Shown one piece after another: positions 26,815 through 39,054 of a stretch of DNA of 47,938 nt. The DNA lies in assembly GCF_006345805.1 (NCBI RefSeq), contig NW_021834530.1, forward strand, positions 1 through 47,938, given 5' to 3'. The number at the start of each line of letters is the position of its first letter. The stretch's first letter is position 1. Below the pieces are notes generated by a model. The model ran no database searches and was not told the origin of the DNA. It worked only from the letters and a program-made list of their open reading frames with translations. The position numbers and the translations under genes are program-made. The stretch comes from Octopus sinensis (lineage: Eukaryota).

Positions 26815-27012
26815 CAACATGGCTGAAAAAGAATGGTGCAAGTGTGAAGGTAGAATACCTAGAATCAGCATTACTTGGAACTGCAAGAATTCTTCTCAGG
26901 GTTCTTGAAGCATGACAAGTAAACAAGTGTCACCTTAGTCTGCTGGCTGTGGACAGCTGACACTTTCCATCACAGCCAGCAAAATAAGCTGTGAGTTTTC
27001 ATTTAATAATAA
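26815..27012 (+). mobile_element. R4/Dong-clade LINE 3' end with (TAA)n tail
   Basis: ...SALLGTARILLRVLEA* (stop at 26915), a short UTR, then taataataa. Confidence 0.75.
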
Positions 27013-27019
27013 GGGGCCC

Positions 27020-27410
27020 AAGATCATAGATATTGCCATACCCGAGGATGCAAGCGTAGATGACAAGGAGCTGGAAGAGATGGGGAAATACAGACGACCA
27101 AAGAATTACAAGAATGTAGCAAAGAGGAGAGTAACCGTTATCCCAATAGTTGTTGAGGTACTCGGAGTATTAACGACTAGGTTCGAGTAATTCGTCGGAG
27201 TAATTGGAATTGAGATGAGGACAGCGCAGACCAAAAGTATCTACTCTATTGGGGACAGCTAGGATTTTGAGGTTGGTGCTTGGCTGTTGAGTGTCTTCCA
27301 CGATAAGTTAACATCCAGGGCCCCAAAGCGTATAATTTGCAGAAAGAGACCCCGTGAAACCCCTGACAGCAGGTTGCTGTCTGCTCTCACGGAATCAATC
27401 AGAGCAAGTA
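27020..27410 (+). pseudogene. Second R4/Dong-clade LINE 3' fragment (restriction-like endonuclease domain)
   Basis: KIIDIAIPEDASVDDKELEEMGKY...VTVIPIVVEVLGV...LLGTARILRLVLGC* (stop at 27290). Confidence 0.8.
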
Positions 27411-27419
27411 TGACCAAAT

Positions 27420-27740
27420 ATCTAACTGATACTTTATTTTACCGAGTCGACCAGGATGGAAGTCAAAGTTCACATCAGCAGAGTTTGAATGGCTAAAGAA
27501 CCAAAACAATTATTGCAAAACATTTTCTCCGACGCTCTAACGATTCTGATAATCCAACATACATATGTACGAAGCCATATTTTATGCTGGGGTGGAGGAG
27601 GCAGTCGAAAATATCGACTTCTGTACATGACCAGTATCTTATTTTATCTATCACCGAAAGGGACCAAAGCAAATATCTCCGCGGTAGGATTTGAACTAAG
27701 AACGTGAAGAATCAGAAAAATACCGCAAAGTATTTTATCC
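27420..27740 (-). mobile_element. Two old SINE family C fragments
   Basis: ctgatactttatttt...ggatggaag...gctctaacgattctg and gtcgaaaatatcgac...ccgaaagg...atttgaactaagaacgt. Confidence 0.6.
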
Positions 27741-28444
27741 AATTGTCACGTTGTTATTTTTCCTTTCTCCGTTGATATTTAAAAAGGCATTTTCTCCAGG
27801 TTTCTTGTCTTATATCATTTCTACGTATTTGAGTCCTTAATACTGAAACGAGTAACTGGAATAAATAAAATCAATTTTATTCTCTTCACAAAATGTGAGG
27901 TCCTGTTTTCACGGTGTTATAAATCAAATATTGACCACATCTTCGGCCATCGTCCCTCTGTGGAAGGTCATAAATTATTTCGTTTGGTTTGTTTTGCCAT
28001 AATCTTCGACCTGTTTGGCTACATCGGGTGACGTAATTTAATAAAACACACTTTATAGAATTTAATGGAAAACTATTCTATTTTAGTTTGAGGTCTTATT
28101 AGATATTTGCCATTCTGAGCTTTCAAGAAATACATTAAGTATTGCTGCTGTTATTACTATTGTTGTTAACTTTTGCTGCTTTCGAGAACAAAACTGAAAG
28201 ATCTCGAAGCAATCGTTTGACATGACAGGAATACAAAGAAAACCTCTCTTAAACTATTCTTCCTCTTGGAATAAAAAATGGAGCATCAGACAATATAATC
28301 CGTCATGGGCAAAAATATTGGATGGATTACAAGTGGCCCGGCATCTTCTGCAACAATCTGCGTTTAAACAACAACAACAACAACAACAAACAACAGTAGT
28401 TTTCTGCACGTCTGTAATAAGCTGGCTTTCAAACAAGATATGGA

Positions 28445-28827
28445 TGGAAGCACTCCGTCGGTTACGACGATGAGGGTTCCGGTTGATACGAATCAACGGA
28501 ACAGCCTGCTCGTGAAATTAACGTGTAAGTGGCTGAGCACTCCATAGACACGTGTACCCTTAACGTAGTTCTCGGGGATATTCAGCGTGACACAGAGAGT
28601 GACAAGGCCGGCCCTTTGAAACACAGGTACAACAGAAACAGGAAGTAAGAGGAGAGAAGAGTTGTGGTGAAAAAGTACAACAGGGATCACCACCATCCCC
28701 TGCCGGAGCCTCGTGGAGCTTTAGGTGTTTTCGCTCAATAAACACTCACAACGCCCGGTCTGGGAATCGAAACCGCAATCCTATGACCGCGAGTCCGCTG
28801 CCCTAACCACTGGGCCATTGCGCCTCC
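28445..28827 (-). mobile_element. SINE family B (head, body X, tail 1) with 10-bp TSD
   Basis: Full-length match to the 24728 copy. AACAAGATAT at 28432-28441 and 28829-28838. Confidence 0.95.
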
Positions 28828-30270
28828 TAACAAGATATATAAAATAATTGACTGAATTGTTATATTCAATTTTAATCATTTGTGGCAAGATTAAATAATA
28901 GTTTTCTCACATGATTAATATAAAGTATTTTAATTAATGACCGAACGACGGAAATCATAATTTCTCGGTGAATCATTGATGTTGTATATTAATTCTTCGT
29001 TAATGTGTACACTTATAACTTTTAAGATGGAATATTCTATTGTTTGTTGAATTCATTTTGGAAATACATATTTATGTTATATCGTAATAGTGAAACATAG
29101 CGCCGTTCGTGATAGGATTCCATGGAGTCAGTGACTTGAACGTCGCATTTCTGAAAGCGAGAGCGACATAGGGGTGTCTAGAATCGACTTAAATTATATA
29201 TTGCACATACGCAATTATACATACATGCAAAAATGTCTACATCAGTCTATTGATGTGTGTGTGTGTGCGTGTGTGTGTGTGCTTGTGTGTCTGGGTGTAG
29301 TTGTGTTTGTATACCACTCCTCACTGGCCTGTGTCTGTTTCCCACAAATTGTAGCTTTCTCTGAAGTTTTGAACATTTCCTTTCATTATTTCGTTGGTAA
29401 TGTTAATCAAACCCAGAGGGAGCATATATTTTATGGATAATTACTTAGTTTATAATAAAGATCGCAATTATTTAGTTTATAATAAAAACCGCAAGCTGGC
29501 TGGATCGCTAGCAAGCCAAACAAAATACTTGGCAGCATTTCGTCCGTCTTTATGTTCAGAGTTCAAATCCAGCTGAGGTCGCTGTTGCATTTTATCCTTT
29601 CAAGTATGTAAACGACTAGCTTCTTAATGCAATATTTGCAGGCATTGTGCTTTTAGTATAAAGGATTACTACTTTACAACAAAACAAACTTTTTCTTATG
29701 CAAATCGGGGTAGTTGGCTTGGATTGCTGTTCAGTTGTTTGGTTAAAACTATAGATATTTTTGAAGAAATTTTACAATTATTTTCGACATTTTGATCAAT
29801 ATTCTTCATAAATTATGTATTCTGTAAATGTGTATTCATGCAGCTTCTTAGGTTTACAAAACCATTAGAGGAGGTTCAACAACGACGGCGGCGACGACCA
29901 CAACGAAGAGGAATCATTATAAATAAAGAAACAGATGTTATTATACTTCAGCTGTTGCCATGGAGTTTATACCTGTTTAATACTGCAATCACTCGTATGT
30001 GTGTACTGTGCGTGTGTATTTGTGTATACATGGATACATACATACGTGCAAGCGCAAGCATGCGTACATGCAAACACAAGTACATGCAAAGGCACTCACA
30101 CACCTACCACACATAATAACAAACATACATAATATATATAATATATATGTATATATATATTTACATATATAATATATATATACTAACTTAACTTATATAT
30201 ATATATATATACATTCATATATATATGTATATGTATATATATATATAATATATATATATAATATGTAAGT

Positions 30271-30326
<56 letters not shown>

Positions 30327-30347
30327 ATATTATATGTATATATATAT

Positions 30348-30423
<76 letters not shown>

Positions 30424-31242
30424 ATGTATATAAAGGTATTTATATATTGCAATACTGTGTGTGCTTGTATATGTATGCACATCTGTATGCCTCTGTGTGT
30501 GTGTGGGTGGGGTGTGTGTGTGTGTGTGTGGCGAACATACGTGTGCGCGTGTGGGCTTATGAATATAAACTCTTGTTTGACCTACAAAGAAATACCAAAG
30601 GTGAGCTACCGGAATAGGATTGAAATATCTTTCACAGAAAAAAAAAATGTCGTTAGTTTTGAATAGAATATAATTTTCATTAACAATATTAACAACACAC
30701 AAACGACGTTCGCATCATACACACACAAACACACAGACAGACATACACAAATACAGCACACACTATGTCCCTCTCTCTCTCTATCGCTCTCTAACACATT
30801 TGTATATATTTTAGTATGCATTGGGTATTAGAGCCATGGCCATTCTGCAGCACATACAAACGTACACAAAAGCTCGCGTTTACTGACAAACACATGCAGC
30901 CATTCGCTCACTCTATCTCTCTTTCTCGATTTCTCGATCGCATACTTTTGTAGAATATTTTCGGTATCAAGGCCATGGCCGTCGTACTGCAATTCCAAAC
31001 ATGCATGCGTGCACATCGACGCACGAGCGCACAAACACGTATACTTAGATGAAATGACTCTGACGAACCAACCGATTGATTTCTTCAACGATTGACCAAA
31101 TAGTAAATTAACTGAGTGATGGCGATTATGATACTAAAAAGGGAGAGAAACAAAGCTAGCGCGAGTGTTTACATTGACATGATGACCTCTATATTAATGC
31201 ATGTCAGAATATATATATACATGCGTATATATATACACACAC

Positions 31243-31297
<55 letters not shown>

Positions 31298-31334
31298 AAA
31301 GGAGATGTCGAACACGAGTGGTGATATATAAAAA

Positions 31335-31368
31335 AGGAAATGAAGAAAATGCATTTTCTTCATTTCCT
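31335..31368. repeat. Perfect 34-bp palindrome within a (TA)n context
   Basis: AGGAAATGAAGAAAATG|CATTTTCTTCATTTCCT. Confidence 0.95.
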
Positions 31369-31371
31369 GTT

Positions 31372-31403
<32 letters not shown>

Positions 31404-31489
31404 TATATACACTATTTTACTCTTACTTGTTTCAGTCATTTGACTGTGGCCAGAAATAAAGAATGTGTAGTGGCTAGCGATCTGACCGA

Positions 31490-31619
31490 GTGTGTACCGT
31501 TGGCGATTTTTTTTCCTGTCTTCCCTTCTCGGATCTTTCCTTCTCCTATGTTTCGACTATATTTGTTACACGTCCTCGCGTTGTTGTGTTTTTTTTTGTG
31601 CTTTCTTGTTTGGATTAAC

Positions 31620-31622
<3 letters not shown>
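31490..31622 (+). mobile_element. Second copy of the 90-280 repeat, lacking the hammerhead-like segment
   Basis: cgttggcgattttttttcctgtcttc...cctatgtttc|gactatatttgttacacgtcctcgcgttgttg...ttggattaactat. Confidence 0.7.
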
Positions 31623-31654
<32 letters not shown>

Positions 31655-31890
31655 CTGTATATATATGTATATATACACATATGTATGAGTGAGTGTATGT
31701 ACGTATGCATGACTATGTATGTGTGTGTTTGTGAGTGTGCGTTTGTGTGTTTGCTGCTGCAAACTGGAAAACATGAGTATAAGTCGGTTTTCTATATATA
31801 ATCAACAAAAAGTTACAGTGTGACCAAGGGCCGAATGTTTCGTGCGTCGACATTCATCGACTTCGTAACAAATCAATGGAACTTACATAT

Positions 31891-32207
31891 CTCTTTACTC
31901 TTTTACTCTTTTACTTGTTTCAGTCATTTGACTGCGGCCATGCTGGAGCACCGCCTTTAGTCGAGTAAATCGACCCCGGGACTTATTCTTGTAAGCCAGT
32001 ACTATTCTATCGGTCTCTTTTGCCGAACCGCTAAGTGACGGGGACGTAAACACACCAGCATCGGTTGTCAAGCAATGCTAGGGGGACAAACACAGACACA
32101 CAAACATATACACACACACTTATATATATTAATATATATATATTATATATATATATATATATTAATATAGATATATATATATATATTACATATATACGAC
32201 AGGCTTC
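31891..32207 (-). mobile_element. SINE family A, 5'-truncated
   Basis: (actctttt)n tail, 3' body and internal (TA)n. Confidence 0.92.
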
Positions 32208-32810
32208 GGTATATACCCGCGATGATAAAATTTTCCTTTTTTTGTTCGCGTGCAAACTATAGAAACAATTACTATGTCACGTGCATAATGTATATTTTTC
32301 AAATGGTTCGCCCGTTACGCTGTTCTTTAAATATAAAAATGAATGAATAAATGAACAAATAAGAACATTTTAGGGTGTGTATACGAATGCACAAATAAAT
32401 GCGAGTCCCGGGGAACGTGTCCGCACACATGTAAATACGGTGTGTACATCAATACACGCACAGACACATACGTAATATTCATATACATGCATGTTCACGA
32501 TTTTACATACAGACAGGCATGAACATATAGAAACAAGAATAGACATAAATAGGTGTATAAATGTACGTGAACACACACACACACTCTCTCTCTCTCTCTC
32601 TCACACACATACACATACATGCACACACACATACATGCACACACACATACATGCACACACACACATACATGCACACCAACACACACATACATGCACACAC
32701 ACACACACATACATGCACACACACACACACACTCTCTCTCTCTCTCTCTCTCTAATATACACACTTTCTCATTTTCTTTCTCTCTCTCACATACACATTT
32801 GCGATAAATA

Positions 32811-32951
32811 TTAGGTTGTCCCAAAAGTTCGTAAACACTTGCGAACATTGAATTTTTACTCGCCAAGTACTAACAAAAACAACAAAAATTATTCCTCAAA
32901 ATAAAGACCATTATTTTCCAAGACTTTCTACGAACTTTTGGGACAACCTTA
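32811..32951. mobile_element. 141-bp mariner-type MITE
   Basis: TIR ttaggttgtcccaaaagttcgt / acgaacttttgggacaacctta, flanked by TA. Confidence 0.9.
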
Positions 32952-33867
32952 TATTTTAATTGACTAATTATACTGTAAAATTGACTGTTAAGTTAAAAGA
33001 AAAAAATTGAAGATGTAGCAGTTTTCATATTCCTTGTAACTATTTTCGATGTGTGTGTGTTTATATACGTAAGTGTGTGTATGTATCACACACACAGTCA
33101 GATAGATAAACAGATATACTTGTGCAGCTTTCGAGTAAAACTACGTCGGGTGACGGTGGTTGCCTAGAATCGGATACGCAGTAAGTCATATCTTGTCTCA
33201 CTGGAATTGTGCAACAATCGAACAAACTTCGATTTAATTCGAGTATTAATATCTTAATGCGGAGCTCCAGAACGGGTTTGACTAAGATCGAAACAGAAAT
33301 AGTTTTTACAATAATAGCTACGCAGAATGGAATTGGATTATGTAGATTCTTGTAGGAGATGGAACAATTCCTTTTCTTCGTAAGGGTTCCGCTGTGCAGC
33401 AGGGTATATATAAGCAACAACGCATATATACGTTGCTCTATTTTCATGTGACATTTAAACTTTAACAAATACACCAGTCTCTACCAGCCTGGTATTTCAG
33501 AGAATCAAATAAACAGATCGTTGTATGTTTAAGTAGGTTTTTTTAATATAATGTATATAAGAGTGCTTCTGTTTAGACTTGCAGTATTCGTGGTTGTTTT
33601 TGCGGTTATTTCTTCGACCAGCTCATCACTTTTAAACGACTTGACCTTTATGGTAATGTCGGCTTATTACGTTGCGTTTAAAGATTATTTTCTCTTGGAG
33701 TAGCACACACGTATGCGTAAATGCATACACAAAAGGACTTAACAGACAAAAGGGCGAAACTCGAAGACGTTGAATTTCTTGATTACCAAACGAATTCCAA
33801 CATATCCAAAGTTATCAAGGTTACTGAAATAAGTTTTCCACCACACATCCTCCGCATTATAGGATGA

Positions 33868-33876
33868 ATGTATGTA

Positions 33877-33924
<48 letters not shown>

Positions 33925-34079
33925 TGTATGTATGTATGTATGTATGTATGTATGTATGTATGTATGTATGTATGTGTGTATGTATGTATGTATGTATGTA
34001 TGTATGTATGTATGTATGTGTGTATGTATGTATGTATGTATGTATGTATGTATGTATGTATGTATATATGTATGTATGT
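33868..34079. repeat. (TAAG)n(TATG)n tetranucleotide array
   Basis: Direct inspection; continues into a SINE A 3' half. Confidence 0.95.
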
Positions 34080-34235
34080 TAGTGTGTACGTACCCGTAAC
34101 TTAGCGGTTCAGAGAAAGAGACCGATGGAAAAGTACTAGGCTTACAAAGAATAAGTCCTCGGGTCTATTTATTTGACTAAATGTGGTGGGCCGCAGTCAA
34201 ATGACTGAAACAAGTAATCGAATAAAAAAATAAAA
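34080..34235 (+). mobile_element. SINE family A 3' half
   Basis: cccgtaacttagcggttc...ggcttacaaagaataagtcc...gccgcagtcaaatgactgaaacaag. Confidence 0.88.
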
Positions 34236-34436
34236 GTGTGTGTGTGTGTGTGTATGAATTTGAAGTGTAATATATGGATTCACAGAATGATGTGGCTATC
34301 AGGCAAAGCTCCACTAGCGGAACCGGCTAGTAGACCACACACATTAATCCAATACGGAGGAGTATAATTCAGGGTTCTCTGCAAATGAATTCCAGGAGAT
34401 CTGGTGGATAAAATTATCTGACGACGAGTATATAGA

Positions 34437-34690
34437 CTATAAAAAATAAGGAGGCATGAAGTGTGAATACGCTTATTAAACCTCTTGTGATCTTTAGTAT
34501 TACAGCCTTTTCGCAGCCTTCAATTGCTTGTATAGTGCGTAGTATGCATATTAGTGCAGACATACAAAATTTATTTATTACACATTAAAATCATTGTTAC
34601 ATGATGAAGGCTGCGAAACGGCTGTAATCCTATAGGTGACAAGTGCTTAAGTTCATATATCCACCTCTCATACCACTTGACGTTTTATGC
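34437..34690 (+). mobile_element. Penelope-like mini-element: diverged ~90-bp inverted repeat plus degenerate hammerhead
   Basis: attacagccttttcgcagccttca versus tgaaggctgcgaaacggctgtaat. TTACA-TGATGA-aggctgc-GAAA-cggc-TGTAA at 34597-34627. Confidence 0.55.
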
Positions 34691-34763
34691 TTTATATATA
34701 TATATATATATATATAGTATATATATAATAATATATATATATATATTATATATATATATTATA

Positions 34764-34987
34764 TATATAGAAAATAGTAAAAAGTAAAAAAACTACAGAA
34801 GGCTTGTTTTAAAAGGTTAAAAAATATATATTTGAGTCAATATGTCTGAAGAATATTATAAATTTTTTTCTTACAATGACATAGTTTAGAGAGAAAGACC
34901 GGTTTCGCGTTAGCTTTTCAAATATATATTTTTTAACCTTTAAAAACAAACCTTCTGTAGTTTTTTCATTTTTACTATTTCTATATA
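34764..34987 (-). mobile_element. Penelope-like mini-element: ~70-bp inverted repeats plus 3' half of a hammerhead
   Basis: tatagaaaatagtaaaaa...tatatatttga is mirrored at 34918-34987. Minus strand reads GC-taac-GC-GAAACCGGTC at 34914-34897. Confidence 0.6.
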
Positions 34988-35039
34988 TTCAACCCGTGCT
35001 TTCACAAACCAACTTTCTTATCTATCTATCTATCTATCC

Positions 35040-35118
<79 letters not shown>

Positions 35119-35749
35119 GTTTGTATATATAAATGTGTGTGTGTATGTATGTATGTATGTATGTATGACTAAAGCGATACGGCATCTGACTGATATTTTA
35201 GATTGTTGCCTGTTTGACTTCGGTTGTTTTCGAACTGATGTCCCTCGGAAACCGATAAATCACACACTAATTACTTGTTTACTGATTCAGTCTAAACCTT
35301 CCCTTATACATACACAAGATATTTGAACGCTGATTGAGTCAGGGCAGAGTCTGTATCCAAATTCGTATTCTCCTTGTCTAGTTGACAAATGATCGAATGT
35401 TAAAATAATTCTGTACTGTATAAATAAATGTTAGCTCTTATTTTAGCGAAATTGTTGGGAATCTCTCACTCAAATTACACAAATATTGATTTTCCATTTC
35501 CTTCTTCTGTTGCCGATAATATAATCTTGAGTCTTACCAAACGGGAAGTCAATTTATCAATTTGTCATCCTACCCGTTCAACTTCATCCTCTCCCAAATG
35601 AAAAAACAAAAGATGTAAAACGTTCTTATTTCGTTATGGAGATTGTTGCTGTTGTTTAACTCCGGGTCAGCAATGATAGGGAAGAACTAGGATCAACGAC
35701 CTTCCAACCTTTCTTGTCTTCTCTCAAGCATTTTATATCATAGCTATAT

Positions 35750-35953
35750 GTTAGTTAGTTAGTTAGTTAATTTGGCTCAAAAGCAAATAGCAAGGCCATG
35801 TAGGGGGACATGGAGTTAAGTACAGGGTGGTGTTCATGTAAAGAGTTCAGGCCACTTGAGGTCCAGGGAGGCTTTGAACAAAGCGGTCGTCGGCATCTTC
35901 ACCATCTCGTCTGGCAGCTTGTTCCACGGATCCGCAACCCGGACGGAGAAAGC
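35750..35953 (-). mobile_element. CR1/L2-group LINE 3' end
   Basis: FSVRVADPWNKLPDEMVKMPTTALFKASLDLKW (FS.RV...WN.LP motif), a 3' UTR and a (TAAC)n tail. Confidence 0.85.
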
Positions 35954-36456
35954 TCTAATTTTTTTAAGATGGTATCATTTAATTTGAGGGCGTGGATTTA
36001 TCTGTTACCAGTAGTCTCTCCTTCCTTCCCTCTCTCTATCTCTGTCTGTCTCTCTCTGTCTCTCTCTCTCAAATATTAGTCGATAAGGAGAAACTGAGAA
36101 ACGCTCCGGAGAAAATGTCTTCATAACAATCATTTATGCTTTGATTTACAATCCTGCTGAGATTCGCTTTACCTTTCAACATTTCGGCGTCAGTAATATA
36201 AACAGAAGATAGGCTACTGTTGTAGATACATAAGCTACTGCTGTTTCCTTATTAAAATTGTAGCTTTTCAGCTTTAATCACAAACCGATCTACTCTGTGT
36301 TAATTAAAAATGAAACAGTGTTTCAATGTCTCATGAATTATTACACCATCTAACACAGAGTAAAAAGTGTGGGCCAAATGACAGCGGGTTTCTAGCTGCT
36401 GTACGACTCGCCACACGAGAACATTTTATTGTCTCCTTCCTGTTTTTTAATATAAA

Positions 36457-37392
36457 CTAGCAGTATCGCCCGGCGTAGCTCGGGTTTGTAAGGGAAATAA
36501 CTATATAGGCGCAGGAGTGGCTGTGTGGTAAGTAGCTTGCTAACCAACCACATGGTTCCGGGTTCAGTCCCACTGCGTGGCATCTTGGGCAAGTGTCTTC
36601 TGCTATAGCCCCGGGCCGACCAATGCCTTGTGAGTGGATTTGGTAGACGGAAACTGAAAGAAGCCTGTCGTATATATATATATAATTATATATATATATG
36701 TGTGTGTGTGTGTTTGTGTATCTGTGTTTGTCCCCCTAGCATTGCTTGACGACCGATGCTGGTGTGTTTACGTCCCCGTCACTTAGCGGTTCGGCAAAAG
36801 AGACCGATAGAATAAGTACTGGGCTTACAAAGAATAAGTCCCGGGGTCGATTTGCTCGACTAAAGGCGGTGCTCCAGCATGGCCGCAGTCAAATGACTGA
36901 AACAAGTAAAAGAGAGAGAAAGAGATATAAGCATTTTTAGAGAGTTACTTCCCTTATAGATGCCAATTCGGGCTTTCTTAGCCATTTCTGTTTTGGCGTC
37001 TTCAAGCCATGAAGTCGTTGTTCTAAAAGAACGCTGGTCTCCTTGACAACGCTTTACGACGTTGATTTCCTTACACTCCCTTCCCCACAGCTTCACGAGG
37101 GAGGGAAGAAGGGGGAGAAGCAAACAGGTGCAGCTGTGACCATGGACGCCAACTCCGCCGCCATCGACACACGAAAAATTATGCATTAAAATGGAATAAA
37201 AAAATGATGTTAAATTATTTTTAAAATCATAGACTCATCGTAGACGCGCGCTAATACCCAGACGGGATCGATATGAATCACGACTATAAGATACCCGAAT
37301 TTGGTTAAACTGCACCGCAAAATGTGGGAGTAGTTAGGAATCTAAATCGAAGGGGACAGACACTCACACAACTACAGTTTTATATATATAGA
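36457..37392 (-). mobile_element. Non-autonomous Helitron carrying a nested SINE
   Basis: 5' A|TCTATATATATAAAAAC; 3' hairpin plus CTAG|T. The terminal 33 bp match the 22944 element with one mismatch. Confidence 0.8.
36508..36924 (+). mobile_element. SINE family A, full length, ATATA TSD
   Basis: tRNA-like head (tggctgtgtgg...ggttcagtccc), internal (TA)n(TG)n, purine-rich tail. ATATA at 36503-36507 and 36925-36929. Confidence 0.95.
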
Positions 37393-37402
37393 TATAATAC
37401 AA

Positions 37403-37615
37403 GGCGGTGAGCTGGCAGAATCGTTAGCAAAGCTAGAAAAAAGGCTTTGCGGCATTTTGTCCATAATTACGTTCTGAGTTCAAATGCCGTAGGGGGTTGA
37501 CTTTGACTTTTATTTTTCGGTGTCGATATAATAAATACCAAGCGACCACTGGGGTCGATGTAATCAACTTAGCCCCTACTACGAAACTGCTGACCTTGTG
37601 CCAAATATTGAAGCT
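37403..37615 (+). mobile_element. SINE family C
   Basis: ggcggtgagctggcagaatcgttagc...ttacgttctgagttcaaat...cactggggtcgatgtaatc...ccttgtgccaaa. Confidence 0.85.
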
Positions 37616-38368
37616 AATACAAATATAATACGTAGAGTCGGTGTAGTATGGGCGAACGGTTAACAAATTCACTTCATGTCTACAAAATCACGGGTTCAAT
37701 CTAGCTGTGTGGTACCTTGGAAAAATACTAGTTTCAATAGACTCGAAGTCGGCTCATACCTTGGGGGTGAAACTGGATTGAAGGAAACTATATATATTTT
37801 TCTGGAAATTAAGTGAAGCGTTACAGATAGCTGTGGTATTCTCAGCCACTTACAGGTAAATTCAGGAGCAGGTAATTCAGCTGATTGAACAACTCAATCC
37901 TCCGCCTGTTCATCTAATACGTAATAGATGCTAGTCAATAGGTTACCAAACCTACAAACTTTTCCTAGATCTGATAAAATCAAAAGAAAATTAGAATTCT
38001 TCCAGAAGTATTTAACGGAAGAGGTGAATAGACACAATTTCTAGCAACATAATAAAAATCCGATTACATGAACTGAAAATGTTCTTAGAGCTTTTGAGAT
38101 ATATTTGCATTAACTTTTCACCATAGTGAGGTTTAATTAGGAAAGTCTTTTGCGCAGTAATACCGGTGCTAGATTAATCCATATCTCCAATATTTACTCT
38201 GCTAGTATTTTCAATATGATCCTAAATTTAAATTTGCTTGTTGCAAGATTATGCATCCGAATATGATGTAAATTAAGTTAAATGCAATATATTTGTCGGT
38301 GATGTTGATAGTGGTGTTTTCTTGTTCCGTTTTCAAGTTTGTTTTATATTCAAGCTTATTTTGGTGAC

Positions 38369-38785
38369 ACTCTTTTACTCTTTTACTCTTTTACTTGTTT
38401 CAGTCGTTTGACTGCGGCCATGCTGGAGCACCGCCTTTAGTCGAGCAAATCGACCCCGGGACTTATTCTTTGTAAGCCCAGTACTTATTCTATCGGTCTC
38501 TTTCGCCGAACTGCTAAGTGACGGGGACGTAAACACACCAGCATCGGTTGTCAAGCAATGCTAGGGGGACAAACACAGACACACAAACACATACACACAC
38601 ACACATACATATATATATACATATATACGACAGGCTTCTTTCATTTTCCGTCTACCAAATCCACTCACAAATCCACTTGGTCGGCCCGAGGTTATAGCAG
38701 AAGACACTTGCCCAAGATGCCACGCAGTGGGACTGAACCCGGAACCATGTGGTTGGTTAGCAAGCTACTTACCACACAGCCACTC
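38369..38785 (-). mobile_element. SINE family A, near full length
   Basis: Aligns to the 36508 copy; small internal duplication of aaatccact. Confidence 0.95.
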
Positions 38786-39054
38786 TATATAATTTTATAT
38801 TATAGGTTCAATTTTGTACGAAATCTCGTAGCATGCGATCTCCTCCTACGTTACTTTCTTTATCAGTCTTCTGCATTTCATCAATTTATCTCTTTTGCTC
38901 GACGAGATAGCAACACACCAGTTTTAAATTAATTTTCTAATTGCATATTTTAATAATGTATTCATAAAAAGTAATGTTTTATGTCATTGAAACAGCTGTT
39001 GTGTATAATTAAATTATAAGCTATGTAAGAAATTTATGCTCTCTGCTTTTTATT

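Noticed and set aside
33130-33310. Resemblance of PDVVLLES to the Cys-loop receptor W.PDIVL.N motif
   Set aside because: The conserved tryptophans, Cys-loop spacing and transmembrane helices are absent.
36392-38932. Recurrent peptides such as [22 protein letters not shown] and FSHLTAAMLEHRL
   Set aside because: Chance reading frames through SINE A copies, not a protein family.
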